DNA of 64,000 nucleotides from the human T2T-CHM13v2.0 reference genome, Homo sapiens (GCF_009914755.1 NC_060935.1), one strand, 5' to 3'. Positions 39,950-52,549 are shown, counted from the stretch's first letter. The notes: generated from the sequence alone by a model not told the origin. Translations and numbers: made by a program.

Positions 39950-40830
39950 GTTAGTTCACTAATTAATCCTTCAGCAAATGTTTGGTGGGTGCTTCCTTCG
40001 TGCCAGGCCCTGCTTTAGAAGCCAGATCCTCTGCACTAAGCAAGCCAAAGCTGCACCTTGCCCTCAGAGAAGTTACAGTTTAGGAAAGGAAGACAGACAA
40101 TATGAAAAAGTACAGAAATAGATATATAGAAAAATAATAGATATGAAAATTATCAGGTAGTAATAGGTGCTATCAAGAATATTAAAATAGGATGATATGA
40201 TACAGGGTAACTGGGTGGTGATTTTCTGAGAGGCAGAATGGAGAAGTGGTTAAAATAATGGACTTCAGACATGAAGTCAAATCATCTCCATTACTTTATA
40301 GGGTCTGACCTTGGGCAGTTTTCTTAGCCTCTCTGTGCTTTAGTTTCTTCATCTGTAAAATGTGGTTGATAACAATCTACTTGTAGGTTTGCTAAACATA
40401 TTAAATGAGTTCATGTATGTAAAGCATTTAGGATGGTGCCAGGCTTGTGGTAGATGCTGTAAAAGTGTTGACTGCTACTATGGTTCCTATGTTTATTTAA
40501 AGACATTTATTTGAGATTTGAATAAGCAGAAGGCCAACCACATGAATCAGGCAGAACATTCCAAGCAGAGGGAAATGCTGGTGCAGAGACCCAAAGACAA
40601 AAATGCACATGGCTCTGTTCAGTATCACAATGAGGGCTGGTGCAGCCAGCTGCCATAGAGGGTGGAGGGATGGTCAGAGGGAAATCATGTGGGAGGCAGG
40701 GCTGGGTCATAAAGGGCTCCTAGGTAGTAGAATGAATTTACTTTGAAAGAAATTCCACTTGTGTTGGTTGAGGGCTAGATGGTTGGTTGTGGAGTGAGAA
40801 TAAGAGCAGGGAGAGCATGTCAATAGCTAG
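39950..40830 (-). mobile_element. L2 LINE fragment, interrupted by MIR
   Basis: TTCAGCAAATGTTTG...GTGCCAGGCCCTG; AGAACATTCCAAGCAGAGGGAA. Confidence 0.75.
40228..40480 (+). mobile_element. MIR SINE
   Basis: TGACCTTGGGCAGTTTTCTTAGCCTCTCTGTGCTTTAGTTTCTTCATCTGTAAAATG. Confidence 0.9.
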
Positions 40831-42810
40831 GTGGGAGGACCTATTATGTCCACTTCAGAACCTACATGTGTAGGAACTTTACCATCAAGCACCACCACAC
40901 ATACATCATTACATATTTAGCAGAGAAAAAAGGGGGAAAAAAACAGGCAAAACCTCTGCCCCCATGGCTCATTCATTATTTTATAAATAATAATATTAGA
41001 TAAGACAGTTTTTCTAGAATATTCCTATCCCCCATACCCAAGGCTCATTCTAAGAACAAATAAGTGATATTTGTGGCACATGCTGGATTGTAATTTATGT
41101 CTTTCTTGAAGCCATTCTTAACATTTGTAAGGATATTTCACTGTCTTCAATTTGTGGGATGATTGCTTAGGTATTAGTTCTGCATTTTGTCATACTAATC
41201 ACTCTAGCAATATATCAAAATACATACATTTACATCATATGTCAGCTGCATATAAAATATATTATTATTAACATAAGACAAGAACTGATAAGCTTTCTAC
41301 CCCATGGCTCATTTCTTCTTCTGGAGCACTCTAGCTGTAGTTTAGATAGCTTGGTTTGGCTGGAAAGACCCAACTAGACAAGGTCAGGTTAGCATGAATC
41401 TGTTCAAGCATGTTTAACAGTGAGTCAAGGTGATTTTGCTTTTTCCTTAAGTCATGAAATCTTAAGTGAGGAACCAGTCGCATTCCACTTACTATTTTTG
41501 ATAGGACTCTGGCATTTAAAATCAGAGTTTTAAAACTCTAGGCCTGTTTTTCTGATCTATTCAGATCTCTTCTAGGGATAACTCAGCTCTTAAACTGTGT
41601 ATCCAACTCTGGTGGGTTTTTTTTTTCTACTTACACCAAAAAGTTGGGAAAGGGAGATGTTGATTTACTCTTTTTATTCAATAATAAATAATAAATTGAT
41701 AATAAAAATAATTTTTATAATTGTCTATTTCTTGTACTACTAATTATTTCTAGAAATTATTTTTCCATTACCACTATATGTGACTTTTCAAGAGTCTAAA
41801 CATTCTCCAGAAGGTGTTTTAAATATATTTTATCTAATACATAAAAAGAGAACATGTCTTAAACATAATACATTCATCTCTGGGGAGATGTGGTCTAAGA
41901 GAAAGAATTCAGAGACTATGTTGCCACCCAGAATTCTCTTCTTCACACAGACCTGATGGGTCCTGAACTTCATAAATAGAGATGAATTTATTAAATTATC
42001 TTTCTTGAGGTTTTCTGTAAAAAGTAACTAGTGCTATGAAGTAAGTTCTAATACTTACTTACCTAATAAATGACCTTGTTCTGACAAATAGAAATAGGAG
42101 AAGGCTGAGTTGGAACATGGAGACAGGTAAAGTAGCATTCCAAAATTTTTATTTTTTTAAAAAAAGGGCAACACAAATTGAGGACAAGAGGAAGAAACAC
42201 TCAAAATCTTTTATAAAGATAAAAGTTCTCATTTCCCCAAATGGCTGCCCTCACATAGTGGCCTGACTTGTGCAGATCACAGCTTTGTGCTAAGCAGTTC
42301 CTTTGAGCCTTCTTTGGTATTGGACAAGGATTCCAGCATAGTCAGATGAAGTTTAAATAATTATTCCCCTTCGTGACCACGGCTCTCACTAGGATGTAGG
42401 TGGTCATCCAGAAAACAAAAACAGAACTCTGGAATATATTTTCTCTATTATAGGCACTAAGAAAACAAGCAAGCAAACAAGCAGAAAATCCAGGTAAAGT
42501 GCACAGCATGTGAACAGAAAGGCAATGGGATCCTATCAATATTTACATAAGGATTTCCTTCTGTGACTTGCCAGTGGAAACGATCTGAGTGGACCCTTGA
42601 GGACAATGAAGCAAGCTCTGAAATGTGTTGATCAAAGAATGCAGAACTCTGGGCAAATGCTTTGCCCTTAAGTCACATCAACCCTGCCATCCATATGTTT
42701 TAAGCCTATGTAGATTGTTTATTGTAGTTGGAGCAGATGGATCCCTCGATGCAAATGTAGCTTGCTGTTTTAAGGTATGCATGCCTGTGTGCCTGTGTGC
42801 ACACGTGAGG

Positions 42811-42866
42811 ATATATACACACACACACACACACACACTCTCTCTCTCTCTTTCTCTCCCTCTCTC
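42811..42866. repeat. Compound (AT)3(AC)11(TC)n microsatellite
   Basis: Direct reading of the sequence. Confidence 0.95.
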
Positions 42867-43859
42867 ACTCCAAGGCACCATAAGGGGCTGCCTATTGACC
42901 TTGGAAACATGAAGATACTAAAATGCCATATGATGATTTTAGGTGCAAGATTCACCTGCTTAACTTTTAACGGGAACTAGAATAATGTTCAAAAGTCTGT
43001 TTTAACTCTGGTTTGATTCAGAGCCCAGTATTACATGTTTACTACAATCTGAATGTCCTAAATAGCCTGAAAACTTTCCCCCTGGAAAGTAATCTGCTTA
43101 TATCCAGTGAGACAGTAAAACACGACTCCAATTGTGTTTTCTCTGCCAGGCTGCTGAAGCACATGTGCTAAGCTAGATGGATTGCAAATTTGGATTCGCA
43201 CCAAATCTGAGGTGACCCCAATCCGAGTGTGATGTTGATTCTTCTTTACCAAGGCAGGCAAAGAAGACTTATGGAGCTCTGGGGGTGATGGGCAGCAACT
43301 TTGTTGTACTAGTGTAGGTGAGCCAAGGGAATATGTATGATATGTGGATAATTTTGATGATTTTTGGCTATGTTTAGGTCACCATGACAATATGGCAGCT
43401 GTGACAGGACTGGATATTATATCTTCATAAAATCCTTGGCTTGATTTAATACAAATTATTGCCATATAATCACAAGCATCTACCTTTTACTGCCATCTTC
43501 TAGCAAATCTCATGGAACTAGGAAAATCATTCCTGTATTTCTGGCTTACATGAAGAGTCTTGAATTTTCTGCTCTAAGGGGTGTTCTTGTTGACAAAATA
43601 ATAATAATAATAATTGCTATGACTAGGAGGACTCCAGAGCTTGGATTACTTTTTCTACATAAATCAATACTGGGTGAAAACATGGGGCTTTGGGTAATTT
43701 GTTGCTGTAGATGTATTTAATGAGCAGCTTGGATTAGTCTGGCTTGGGCCCTTCTTGCTGCTGTGCCTAGGAACTTGAAGATGAAATTTAAGGCTAATGT
43801 GAATCCAGGCAGTTTCAGATGCTTTGAGTAGGAGACACTCCAAATAAGCCCGCCTTTAA

Positions 43860-44020
43860 AGACTTGAGGTTTCAGACCATTAAAGGAAATTAACTCATAT
43901 TTTACACCAACCCTGCTCACCTCCTCATGGTCATAATCGGGAAAACTGAGGCCCAAGGTTTGTATTGTCCAAGTTAGATGATTTCTAGTCTGGATCTTTC
44001 TTCCACCCTATATTTCCTGC
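43860..44020 (-). mobile_element. MIR SINE fragment
   Basis: GGGAAAACTGAGGCCCAAGG. Confidence 0.55.
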
Positions 44021-44099
44021 TTTCTCTCTGACCAACCTTTCAGTTGAAAGATGTAACAGGGGCTCATGCCATGCCATTCATTGGTTATAAATGATTTCA

Positions 44100-44760
44100 G
44101 GGCTTGAATTCAGTTAGTTAACAAATATTTACCAAAAATTTATAAAGAACTAGGAATGGCAAAAAAGTGAAACCTACCAACTTATTTACCACTAATGTTT
44201 GTCAAGTACCTACAGTATGCAAGTACTCTGCCAGGTACTCTATGACTACTCTATATAAACAGGCCCTGCTCCAACTTGGCTGGACTTACATTTGTTGAAC
44301 ACATGGTATTTGGTTTCAATGAGTTATTGGTTTGTAGGAGATCAGACATACAGATAAGCGATCATGAGGCTATATAGCACAGGTACTGCATGAGTTCATA
44401 GAAGGTGGAGAAGGTAGTAGGGGCATCGAGGAGGTGGAGGTAGCAGTGGTACCATTTAACATGAGCTCTGAATGGAAGACAGAGCCTTAACATGCTAAGG
44501 TTGAAAAGAGAAAATTCTCCTTAGGAGGTCTAATTCTGAATAAAATACTAAATCTAATACACCACAGAAAGCATCCTCTCATTTTAATGGGGACAGGAGT
44601 CCTAGGCAAGAAAGCAATGGGATAGAAATGTTAGCTCATATGATTAACAGATAAATATTGAGTGACTACTCTGTGGTCAGGCATTGTTCTACGCTCTGGA
44701 ATATGGAAGTGAACACAATAAAGTCTCTGTCTCCATCAAGCTTATATGCTAGTAGGAGGA
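44100..44760 (-). mobile_element. L2 LINE fragments
   Basis: ACAAATATTTA; TATTGAGTGACTACTCTGTGGTCAGGCATTGTTCTA. Confidence 0.65.
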
Positions 44761-44761
44761 A

Positions 44762-46535
44762 GTGGTAGGCAGCCTAAAAGATGGTGTCCAATGATTCTTA
44801 CCTCCTGGAATCCCCTCCCCATTGAGAGTGGGTGGGACTTAGTGATTTGCTTCTAATGACAGAATATGGCAAACATAATGGGATGCCACTTTAGAAATTA
44901 GGTAATCATATACAAAAAATCAACTCAAGATGGATTAAAGACTTAAATGTAAAACCAGAACTATAAAGACCCTGGAAGGCAACCTAATCAATACCATCCT
45001 GGACATAGGAATGGGCAAAGATTTCATGACAAAGACAACAAAAGCAATCTCAACAAAAGCAAAAATTGACAAGTGGGATGTAATGAAACTTAAGAGCTTC
45101 TGCACAGCAAAAGAAACTATCAACAAAGTAAACAGACAGCCTACAAAATGGGAGAAAATATTTGCAAACTATGCATCTGGCAGAGGTCTTACATCCAACA
45201 TCTATAAGGAACTTAAATTTACAAGAGAAAAACAACCCCATTAAAAAGTGAGCAGGGGATGTGAACAGGCACTTTTCAAAAGAGACATACATGTGGCCAT
45301 CAAGCATATGATAAAGCTTACTATCACTTATCATTAGAGAAATGCAAATGAAAACCACCATGAGATGCCATCTCACACCAGTCAGAATGTCTATTATTAA
45401 GAAGTCAAAAAATAACAGATGCTGGCAAGGTTGTGAAAAAGGGAACACTTATACACTGTTGGTGAGAGTGTAAATTAATTCAACCATTGTGGAAGGCAGT
45501 ATGGCGACTCCTCAAAGGGCAAAAAGGAGAACTACAATTTGACTCAGCAATCCCATTACTAGGTATATACCCAGAGGAACATAAATCATTCTACCATAAA
45601 GATACATGCACAAGAATGCTCACTACAGCACTACTCACAGTAGCAAAGACCTGGAATCAACCTAAATGCCCATAAATGACAGACTGGATAAAGAATATGT
45701 GGTACACATACACCACAGAATACTATGCAGCCATAAAAAAGAATGAGACCATGTCTTTTGTGGGAACATGGATGATACTGGAAGCTATTATCCTTAGCAA
45801 ACTCATGCAGAAACAGAAAACCAAATACTGCGTGTTTTCACATATAAGAGGGAGCTAAATGATGAGAACACATGAACATAAAGAAAGGAACGGCAGACAC
45901 TGGGGTCCACTTGAGGATGGAGAGTGGGAGGAGGGACAAGAGCAAAAAAGATAACTATTGGGTAGTAGGCTTAATACCTGGTTGATGAAATAACCTGCAC
46001 AACAAACCCCTGTGACAGGAGTTCACCCATGCAACAAACCTTCTCATGCACCCCGAACCTCAAATAGAAGTTAAAAAAAATAGGAAGGTTTGAGCCTACA
46101 ATAAACCAAAATTCAAGTTAATACTAATTCAGAAAAACTGCATTTATAAGGACCAAGTGACTTGGCTGGAAAAAAAATAATAATCTGGTGCCCCAAAGCC
46201 TGTGTCTTCCATCTTTCTTGCTGTGTCTTGCTCTCTTTCTTGCTCACTGAGATGGAAGCCACCCGCCATGTGGGGAGCTGCCCTATAGAGAGATCCATGG
46301 GGCATTAAACTGGCAGTGAACCTGAGGTCAGCCAACAGTCAAGTGAGTGAGCTTGGAGTGGCTCCTCCCAGGTAAGTCTTGAGATGACTATAGCCCTGGC
46401 TAGTACTTTGACTACAGCCTTGTGAGAACCCCTGAAAGCAACACCTGCATTCCTACCCATATAAACTGTGAGATAATTGTTATTTTAAGATGGTAAATTT
46501 TGACGTAATTTGTTATGTGGATATAGATAATAGAG
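44762..46535 (+). mobile_element. MLT1F-like MaLR LTR split by an L1 insertion (44762-44903 and ~46190-46535)
   Basis: GTGGTAGGCAGCC...GAGTGGGTGGGACTTAGTGATTTGCTTCTAATGACAGAATATGGC; resumes with GCTGCCCTATAGAGAG...AATTTGTTATGTGGATATAGATAA. Confidence 0.8.
44904..46080 (+). mobile_element. 5'-truncated L1PA15/16-like element (ORF2 C-terminus plus 3'UTR)
   Basis: [54 protein letters not shown] and later ORF2p peptides; poly(A) at 46073-46080. Confidence 0.95.
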
Positions 46536-46569
46536 AAATACTAATCTCTCTCTCTCTCTCTCCTATGCA

Positions 46570-48500
46570 TACATATAATGACTTGGAAGAATAATTAAAT
46601 GGAATAAAGGGGACTAAGTAGGAAATGAAAGTTCCAGGGGGCAGACTTCAGGGGGTGGTGTTGCTATTTTGTATAGGATGATCAGGGAAGGCCACTACGA
46701 TAAAGTGATATTTGAGCCAAGGCCTGAAGGAAGGAGGGGAAGTGGGCTATGTGCATTGCTGAGGAAAGATGTGCTAAGTTAAAGAAGGCCTCAAGTACTA
46801 ATGCCCTGGGGAAGAGGGGTGTAAAGTTTAAGAAAAAGTAAGAAGTCCAGTGTAGGTAAGGCGGGGGTGGTTTTATAGGAGGTCAGAGAAGTCGCGAGGG
46901 GAAAGAATATAAGACTTCATAGGTCATGGTGAGGCCATTGGGTTTAATACTGAGTAAACTGTGTGTGTAATTTGACTGCTTTATAAAATATACTGTAGGA
47001 AGGCAGGGAAGGAAGCAGAGGCACTAGTTAGGAGGCCATTGTAATAATCTTAGTGATAAATCATTGGTGGGTTAGACCAGGGTGTTAGTAGTGTAGGTGG
47101 TAAGAAGTAAATATACTTTGAAAATAGAGAAGATGTGATTTATGAATGGATTAGATGCAGTGTAGAATAGAAAGACAGAAGTCATAAAGGACTCAGGATT
47201 CTGTCCTGAATATCTGTAAATGCAATTTTCATTTATCCTGATGGAAAAGACTCTTTAAAGAATAGGGTTTTTGTTGGGGGGGGCGGGGGGAGGAGGAGCA
47301 AAGTGGAGTAGGATACTGTGCAATCACTACTTCAGTTTTTTACCTACAGAGTATGAGTTGCTTCTCAGATATTCAAGTAAAGATGGCAAATAAATTTGGG
47401 GTATATGTGTTTGAAAATCAGAAAATCCAGGCTGAAGTTATAAATTTGAGAACTTGCTCAGAGATTAAATATGATTAATATAGTCACTTGATTAATTGAT
47501 TGGACAATGTGGAGATCTTCGATGACTAAGATAAAAACTGATTTGTAGAGTAAGATAATGATAACAGAATTGGAATGGATCCAAAAGAGGATGAGAAGAT
47601 AGGAAATGTAGAATTCAATACCCACTTCTCTTTCAAGGATACTTCTCATTTGCTGTATATGGGAATCAGGAAGAGGAGTGGTTGCTACCAGGAAAACAAA
47701 GTCAAAAATATGTTTTCTGTGTAATTTTAATTTTCAAGATAGAAGTAATACCAGTATGTTCATACATGGATGAGAATAATGCAATAGAGAGAGAATAAGA
47801 AATTGGATACACAGAAGAGAGGAGTGGAATTATTGGAGTGATCGTCTTGACTATGGGAGAAGTGATGTCTTAGACCCATTGCACACATATGGTACTTGGC
47901 ATTGGATTGGAAAATGGAGTAGTGCTTATCAACAGGAGAAGGGGAAAATACAGGGGAATTATAAATGGTGGTGGTAGGTATGTGTTTATGGGGAACTTGT
48001 TAGATTTCTCTTTTGATTGTTAATATTTTCTCAGAAAAATAACAAACATGATTATCATCTGAGAGTGAGGCTGAGGGAGGAGATTTAGAAAGTGGTTGGA
48101 AGCCTGAGAAGGTATTTAGTTGTCATCTGGAGGGTGAAAAAGTGACTGGACAACCAGCATGATGACTAAAGGCCCATTTGGTATGCACCCAGTCTCATGC
48201 AGGGTTCATATTTGCAGTGAGACCAATCAGCATGATTATGTGTTTTTCTGCAATGTGTTTGCTGCCCTGGAGCAAACATGTATTAAATAGAGAGTTGGCT
48301 TTAACCAGAAGTTGGGCGTTTGCCACGTTAATTTAACAGAACAGAGAGGAACCTAAGCTGGATAAGAGCAGAAACGAGGACAGCAGGATGTGGGATAGTA
48401 AAGAAGAGAAGCATTAATGGATTTTAGATCTTTGTCAAAGACATAGTGTAGATGTGTTGGGGTGAGCAAGCTGGAGAGAGGGAAGATAGGATCTGGTGAG
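46570..48500 (-). mobile_element. Long degenerate L2 LINE
   Basis: ATAGGATGATCAGGGAAGGCC...GATATTTGAGCCAAGGCCTGAAGGA; purine-rich antisense L2 body; right boundary uncertain. Confidence 0.7.
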
Positions 48501-50519
48501 TGAGATGCATGAAACGTAGAGAATGAGGAGTAGGCTTAAGGCCAGAAACACAGCCAGGGCTTGGTGGTAGAGCCAGGAAGCCCCGTCTCCATGAAGTGTT
48601 CTGTGAGGAAGGATATGTACACACCAGTGTTCCCATGAGATGAACCTGATAGTAAAATGAATGACAATGTGAGTGGGGCAGAGGAATATGTATAAAGGAC
48701 ACTATGGCAGAAAGGCGTTTTTTTCTTTTTCTTTTGACAAAATGTTCATTAATGTACATTGAATTATACCTATCTCATCATCTGACGAAGATTCTTCCTT
48801 AATGGTTACTCTTGGAAAAATGCAAAGATAGATTTCTTTGTCTAGAGCACCTGCAGTTTGTCTCTCTTGTCAGTTGTTCAAGTATCTTTTGCCAGCTGGT
48901 GATGAGACAAAGAAAATAGCATCGCCTGGGTGTGCAATGACATCTCACATCTGCAGGCTGCATGTTCAACCCAATCAGTAGATTTACTCATTCTTGAGAT
49001 GGTGCATTCTCTTATCAACTCTGACAGCAGCAGATTTACGCCATTATGCCAACAGATATTTTTGCAAAGCTGTGTAAATCAAGTCATATATTTTAATGCC
49101 CATGGGAAAGTATGATTAAAAGGAAACTTGAAATCTACCTTTCGGTTAAGTAAAAATATTACATTTGGCAAATGGTCATGCTGTGCTACAATTTATAACT
49201 TTAATTTTAACATCAGCATCTGAACATAATGTTAGAAAATCAGAGAGTGAGTAGAAAATTTAGATTACTTCTCTCCTGATTTCTCACCCTACAAAGATAA
49301 AAACGTCCCTTTCTATCTAATCTCAGAGTCTGGGAATTTTAGATATTCTTTATTTAAGGTCTTTTGGAGAAAAAGAACTTTTAATATTTTTATATCTGGC
49401 TTTCTGAAACAGAGGAGTAAACACATGGGGAAATACAGTCTTTTTCACAATCTAAGCTTACTCTATCCAAATTCAGGAGTATGCAGATTCAAATCATAAG
49501 GGATAGCTAGATTTTGGCTAAAGTAATACAACTTTTTAGTCTCTGAATATCAGTCAGTGTTAGGTCATTGAAGGTTCATAAATAATGGTTCTAACTTACT
49601 AAGGAATTTTGAAAAAAACTTTCCGTTTATCCTTTTAAAAATTATATTTAGGCCTCTATATGAAACAGTGGGCATAAGATAAAAAAGATCTTTAAAAATA
49701 TGAAACATGATCTAGCTCTCCAAGGCAACAGAACATCTGGTGGGCTTCAGTGTGAAGGTTCCGATGTCCTGGAATGAAACTTGAGTGTGAACTGTTCTAT
49801 GCCTCAGAACAGTAGTGAAGAATTACAAATAAAAACCTCTGTCAAGAAAGAGCTACAGGTTTCTTTAGCTCATAAATCCTCAAGAGTCAAGGGATGTAGT
49901 AGAAAATGAGAAAGAGCTGGAAGAAAAAAAGAGAAACTAGACTACTGTAGACATTCATGACCTAGTGATCAGGAAAGCCTCAGAGCTCTGGTTTTTTGTG
50001 TCAGGAAGAAAAGACAGCAAAACTACTAGTACTTGCTAAATACTGTAGTACCTTTAAGCTGCAGCAATCTATTGGCGCATGTTTCAGTTATATTGTATTT
50101 TTTACTGTTTCCTTCAGGAGGGAAATTCAGGAATTTCTTTCTCCTCAGACCAGATTCAGGAATTTATTATTCTTACCAAATTGAAAATGAATATGAGAAA
50201 AAAACTTGAATAACATAATAAAACTGAGTAAGTAGTTGAGATCTGAATGTGTAAAAGGAATCCATTTCTAGGGTAATGAGTGATTAAAAGCAGATATTTT
50301 GCAGGATGTTTCAAAAGAAACAAATCTTAGGGCAAATATTAATAAATAATCAAAGTTAAAAGAAGCTTTGATTCATTTTAGATGGAGATTGAAAAAATCT
50401 ACAGTTACTGTTTTGAACCCTGGCTAATGGAAGACATCAATCCCAGTGCAGTCAGCTGGGTCAAAAGTAGCAAAGAAGAGATCAGTAGAACTTGAGCAAT
50501 GCAATACAATTACCATTAT

Positions 50520-50740
50520 TGCTATTATGACTATGACTGCTATCATTGCTAATGCCTACAGATACTTAAGTACTTATTATGAGCCAAGCATATCTAAATA
50601 TTTTACATGCATTAATTATTTAAATGAAACAAGAATAGACTGTAACTTCATGAGGAGAGAGATTAAACCTTATTTAGCTTTGTAATAATGCTGTTAAGCA
50701 TAGTACCTGTACATAGTAAGCACTGAATAAATGTTTTTAA
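50520..50740. mobile_element. Adjacent MIR (-) and L2 3' end (+) fragments
   Basis: TACTTAAGTACTTATTATGAGCCAAGCA; AGTACCTGTACATAGTAAGCACTGAATAAATG. Confidence 0.65.
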
Positions 50741-50854
50741 ACCAAACTAAGGAATAATTTAGGGTAAATTAAGGTTTGATTTATACTGCCTAAGGGCTTT
50801 CACAAGTCCTTTATTAAGGAGGAACAGGGTGGTATTAGAATATTAATACATACT

Positions 50855-52184
50855 ATTAATTATGTCGTGTAATGTATATGTAATGCCTTTTATGGATAAA
50901 TTACATCTATAGAAAAGTGCAATAGGATTAAAGCTAGAATTTTCCCTTTTGATAAAAGAACAAAAAATGAACATGTTATTTGTAAACTGATGTTTAGTAA
51001 CTGGTGATAAACTTTAACTACTAGATTACATTACAAGCCTTTATCTTGAGTAGTCTTATGAAAATTAATCTCTTAACTATCTTTCCAACCTATATTCACA
51101 TTGGTTTTCAAGATACTTTAAGTTATAATTTTTCTTCTTTTTTCAGACCTGTGTCTTATTTTGGGGCTACTTTTTTATTGAGGTGTAATTCACAAGGGGC
51201 TGCATTTTTTTGATAAGGCTTATAACTATGGCTGGATGTTTTGCTCTCGTCTTGTAAGAAGTGCCATTTTATTTTTGAGCCACTCCTAAAGTCATGTGGT
51301 CATTAACTTTGGAGGCTATTTTGCCTATGAGTGTTGATACAAATTAAAACCCAAGTAGACTTCATTGCATGTCACCCTATGAATGTTCACAATGGAAAAA
51401 ATACCTTGTCTGTAGTATACTCTCATTCTTGCATTGAAAAGCTGAGGAATAAACTTATTATTTACTTATTTATTTATTTATTGATGTAAGTCAGAAAAAC
51501 TTATAGCTAATGTGCCCAGTTTTCTGGTTGCCCTCAGCAGGTGAAGTGAACAAATAGTGTCAATTGAGATTGAAGAGATTATCTGAATCCTGGTTTTTGT
51601 AGATTTACAGTCTACATACAATATTAACTAAATCAAATAGCTTTTACGATTTCGCATGTTTACATAGCCTCCCTCCCAGCCCCTTCCATATCCATTAGTT
51701 ATTGAACTTTCTAAACTGGCATTGAAAAATATTACAACAATGTTTTTGTTTTGTTTTGTTTTGTTTTGTTTTGAGATGGAGTCTCGCTCTGTTGCCCAGG
51801 CTGGAACGCAGTGGCAAGATCTCCACTCACTGCAATCTCCACCTCCCGGGTTCACGCCCTTCTACAACAATGTTTTGTTGCCCCAATTTTATAAACTTAT
51901 GCAGTGCAATAAATGTTATTTGTCTGAGGCAAACCAAAGGTAAATTTCTCAAAGTTCTTGCTGCTTTCTTTAGCAGAATTTGATGTAGGATCTTTTATGG
52001 ATTTGTAATAGATTAAAAACAAACAAACAAAAAAACACATTGCAATCCTTTTTTTCAAATCAAGTTTTTGGTCCAAATTGTGTAGGATAAGTTAAACTTG
52101 CATTCTATTAGCCAATATGAGTATATTTCTGTAAGCATAGTTACAATGAAATAAAGTTTTAAAAAGCAAAACAAACAAAAAAAC
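50855..52184 (+). pseudogene. Candidate 5'-truncated processed (retro)copy consisting of mRNA 3'UTR only; parent not identified
   Basis: Non-repeat, U-rich UTR-like sequence ending GAAATAAAGTTTT (AATAAA 52150-52155) followed by a decayed genomic A-tail AAAAAGCAAAACAAACAAAAAAA; 5' boundary uncertain. Confidence 0.5.
51747..51862 (-). mobile_element. Severely 5'-truncated AluY-like fragment with (TTTTG)n tail
   Basis: CCTCCCGGGTTCACGCC (AluY-type); perfect TSD TACAACAATGTTTT at 51733-51746 and 51863-51876. Confidence 0.92.
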
Positions 52185-52530
52185 ATGCATACTGCATTTT
52201 CTCCATATGTGGAATTTGGAATAAAACTTGTATTTATTAATTTCCAAATTTAAGAATTGATTAAGATATTCTTTTGGGTGAATCTCATTGACAATGTTAA
52301 TTATAAAATGGTAACAGAATGAGCAGCTTAACTTTTCACAGAAGTACATTTATTTCTGTATTACTAGAACTGGTCACATTTTCCAGCAGCAGGAAATTCA
52401 GCACTATCTTTTTGAGGGTCTTCTCCTTTTCTTCAGGGACTCAGAATCTTGTTCAGACTATGAAGAACCAGCGTCTAACTACGTTCACATTACTGGCTCT
52501 TTCCTTGAGCAGAGGAGAGCTGTTGAAGCC

Positions 52531-52549
52531 TAGCGCCCCCTAGGCTGAC
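52531..52549 (-). promoter_or_regulatory. CTCF-like motif
   Basis: Reverse strand GTCAGCCTAGGGGGCGCTA vs consensus TGGCCASYAGGGGGCGCTA; 3' 13 nt fit, 5' part mismatched. Confidence 0.4.

Noticed and set aside
45011-45858. ORFs with clear protein similarity
   Set aside because: Broken L1 ORF2p C-terminal fragments of a truncated L1PA, not a host gene.
47276-47297. G-run as a functional G-quadruplex
   Set aside because: Short low-complexity run inside a decayed L2, with no supporting context.
50855-52184. Assigning a parent gene symbol to the UTR-like segment
   Set aside because: I cannot verify the identity from memory; it needs BLAST.
52319-52543. 74-aa ATG ORF next to the retrocopy candidate
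   Set aside because: It lies downstream of the poly(A) tail, so it cannot be the retrocopy's CDS, and the peptide is unrecognisable.
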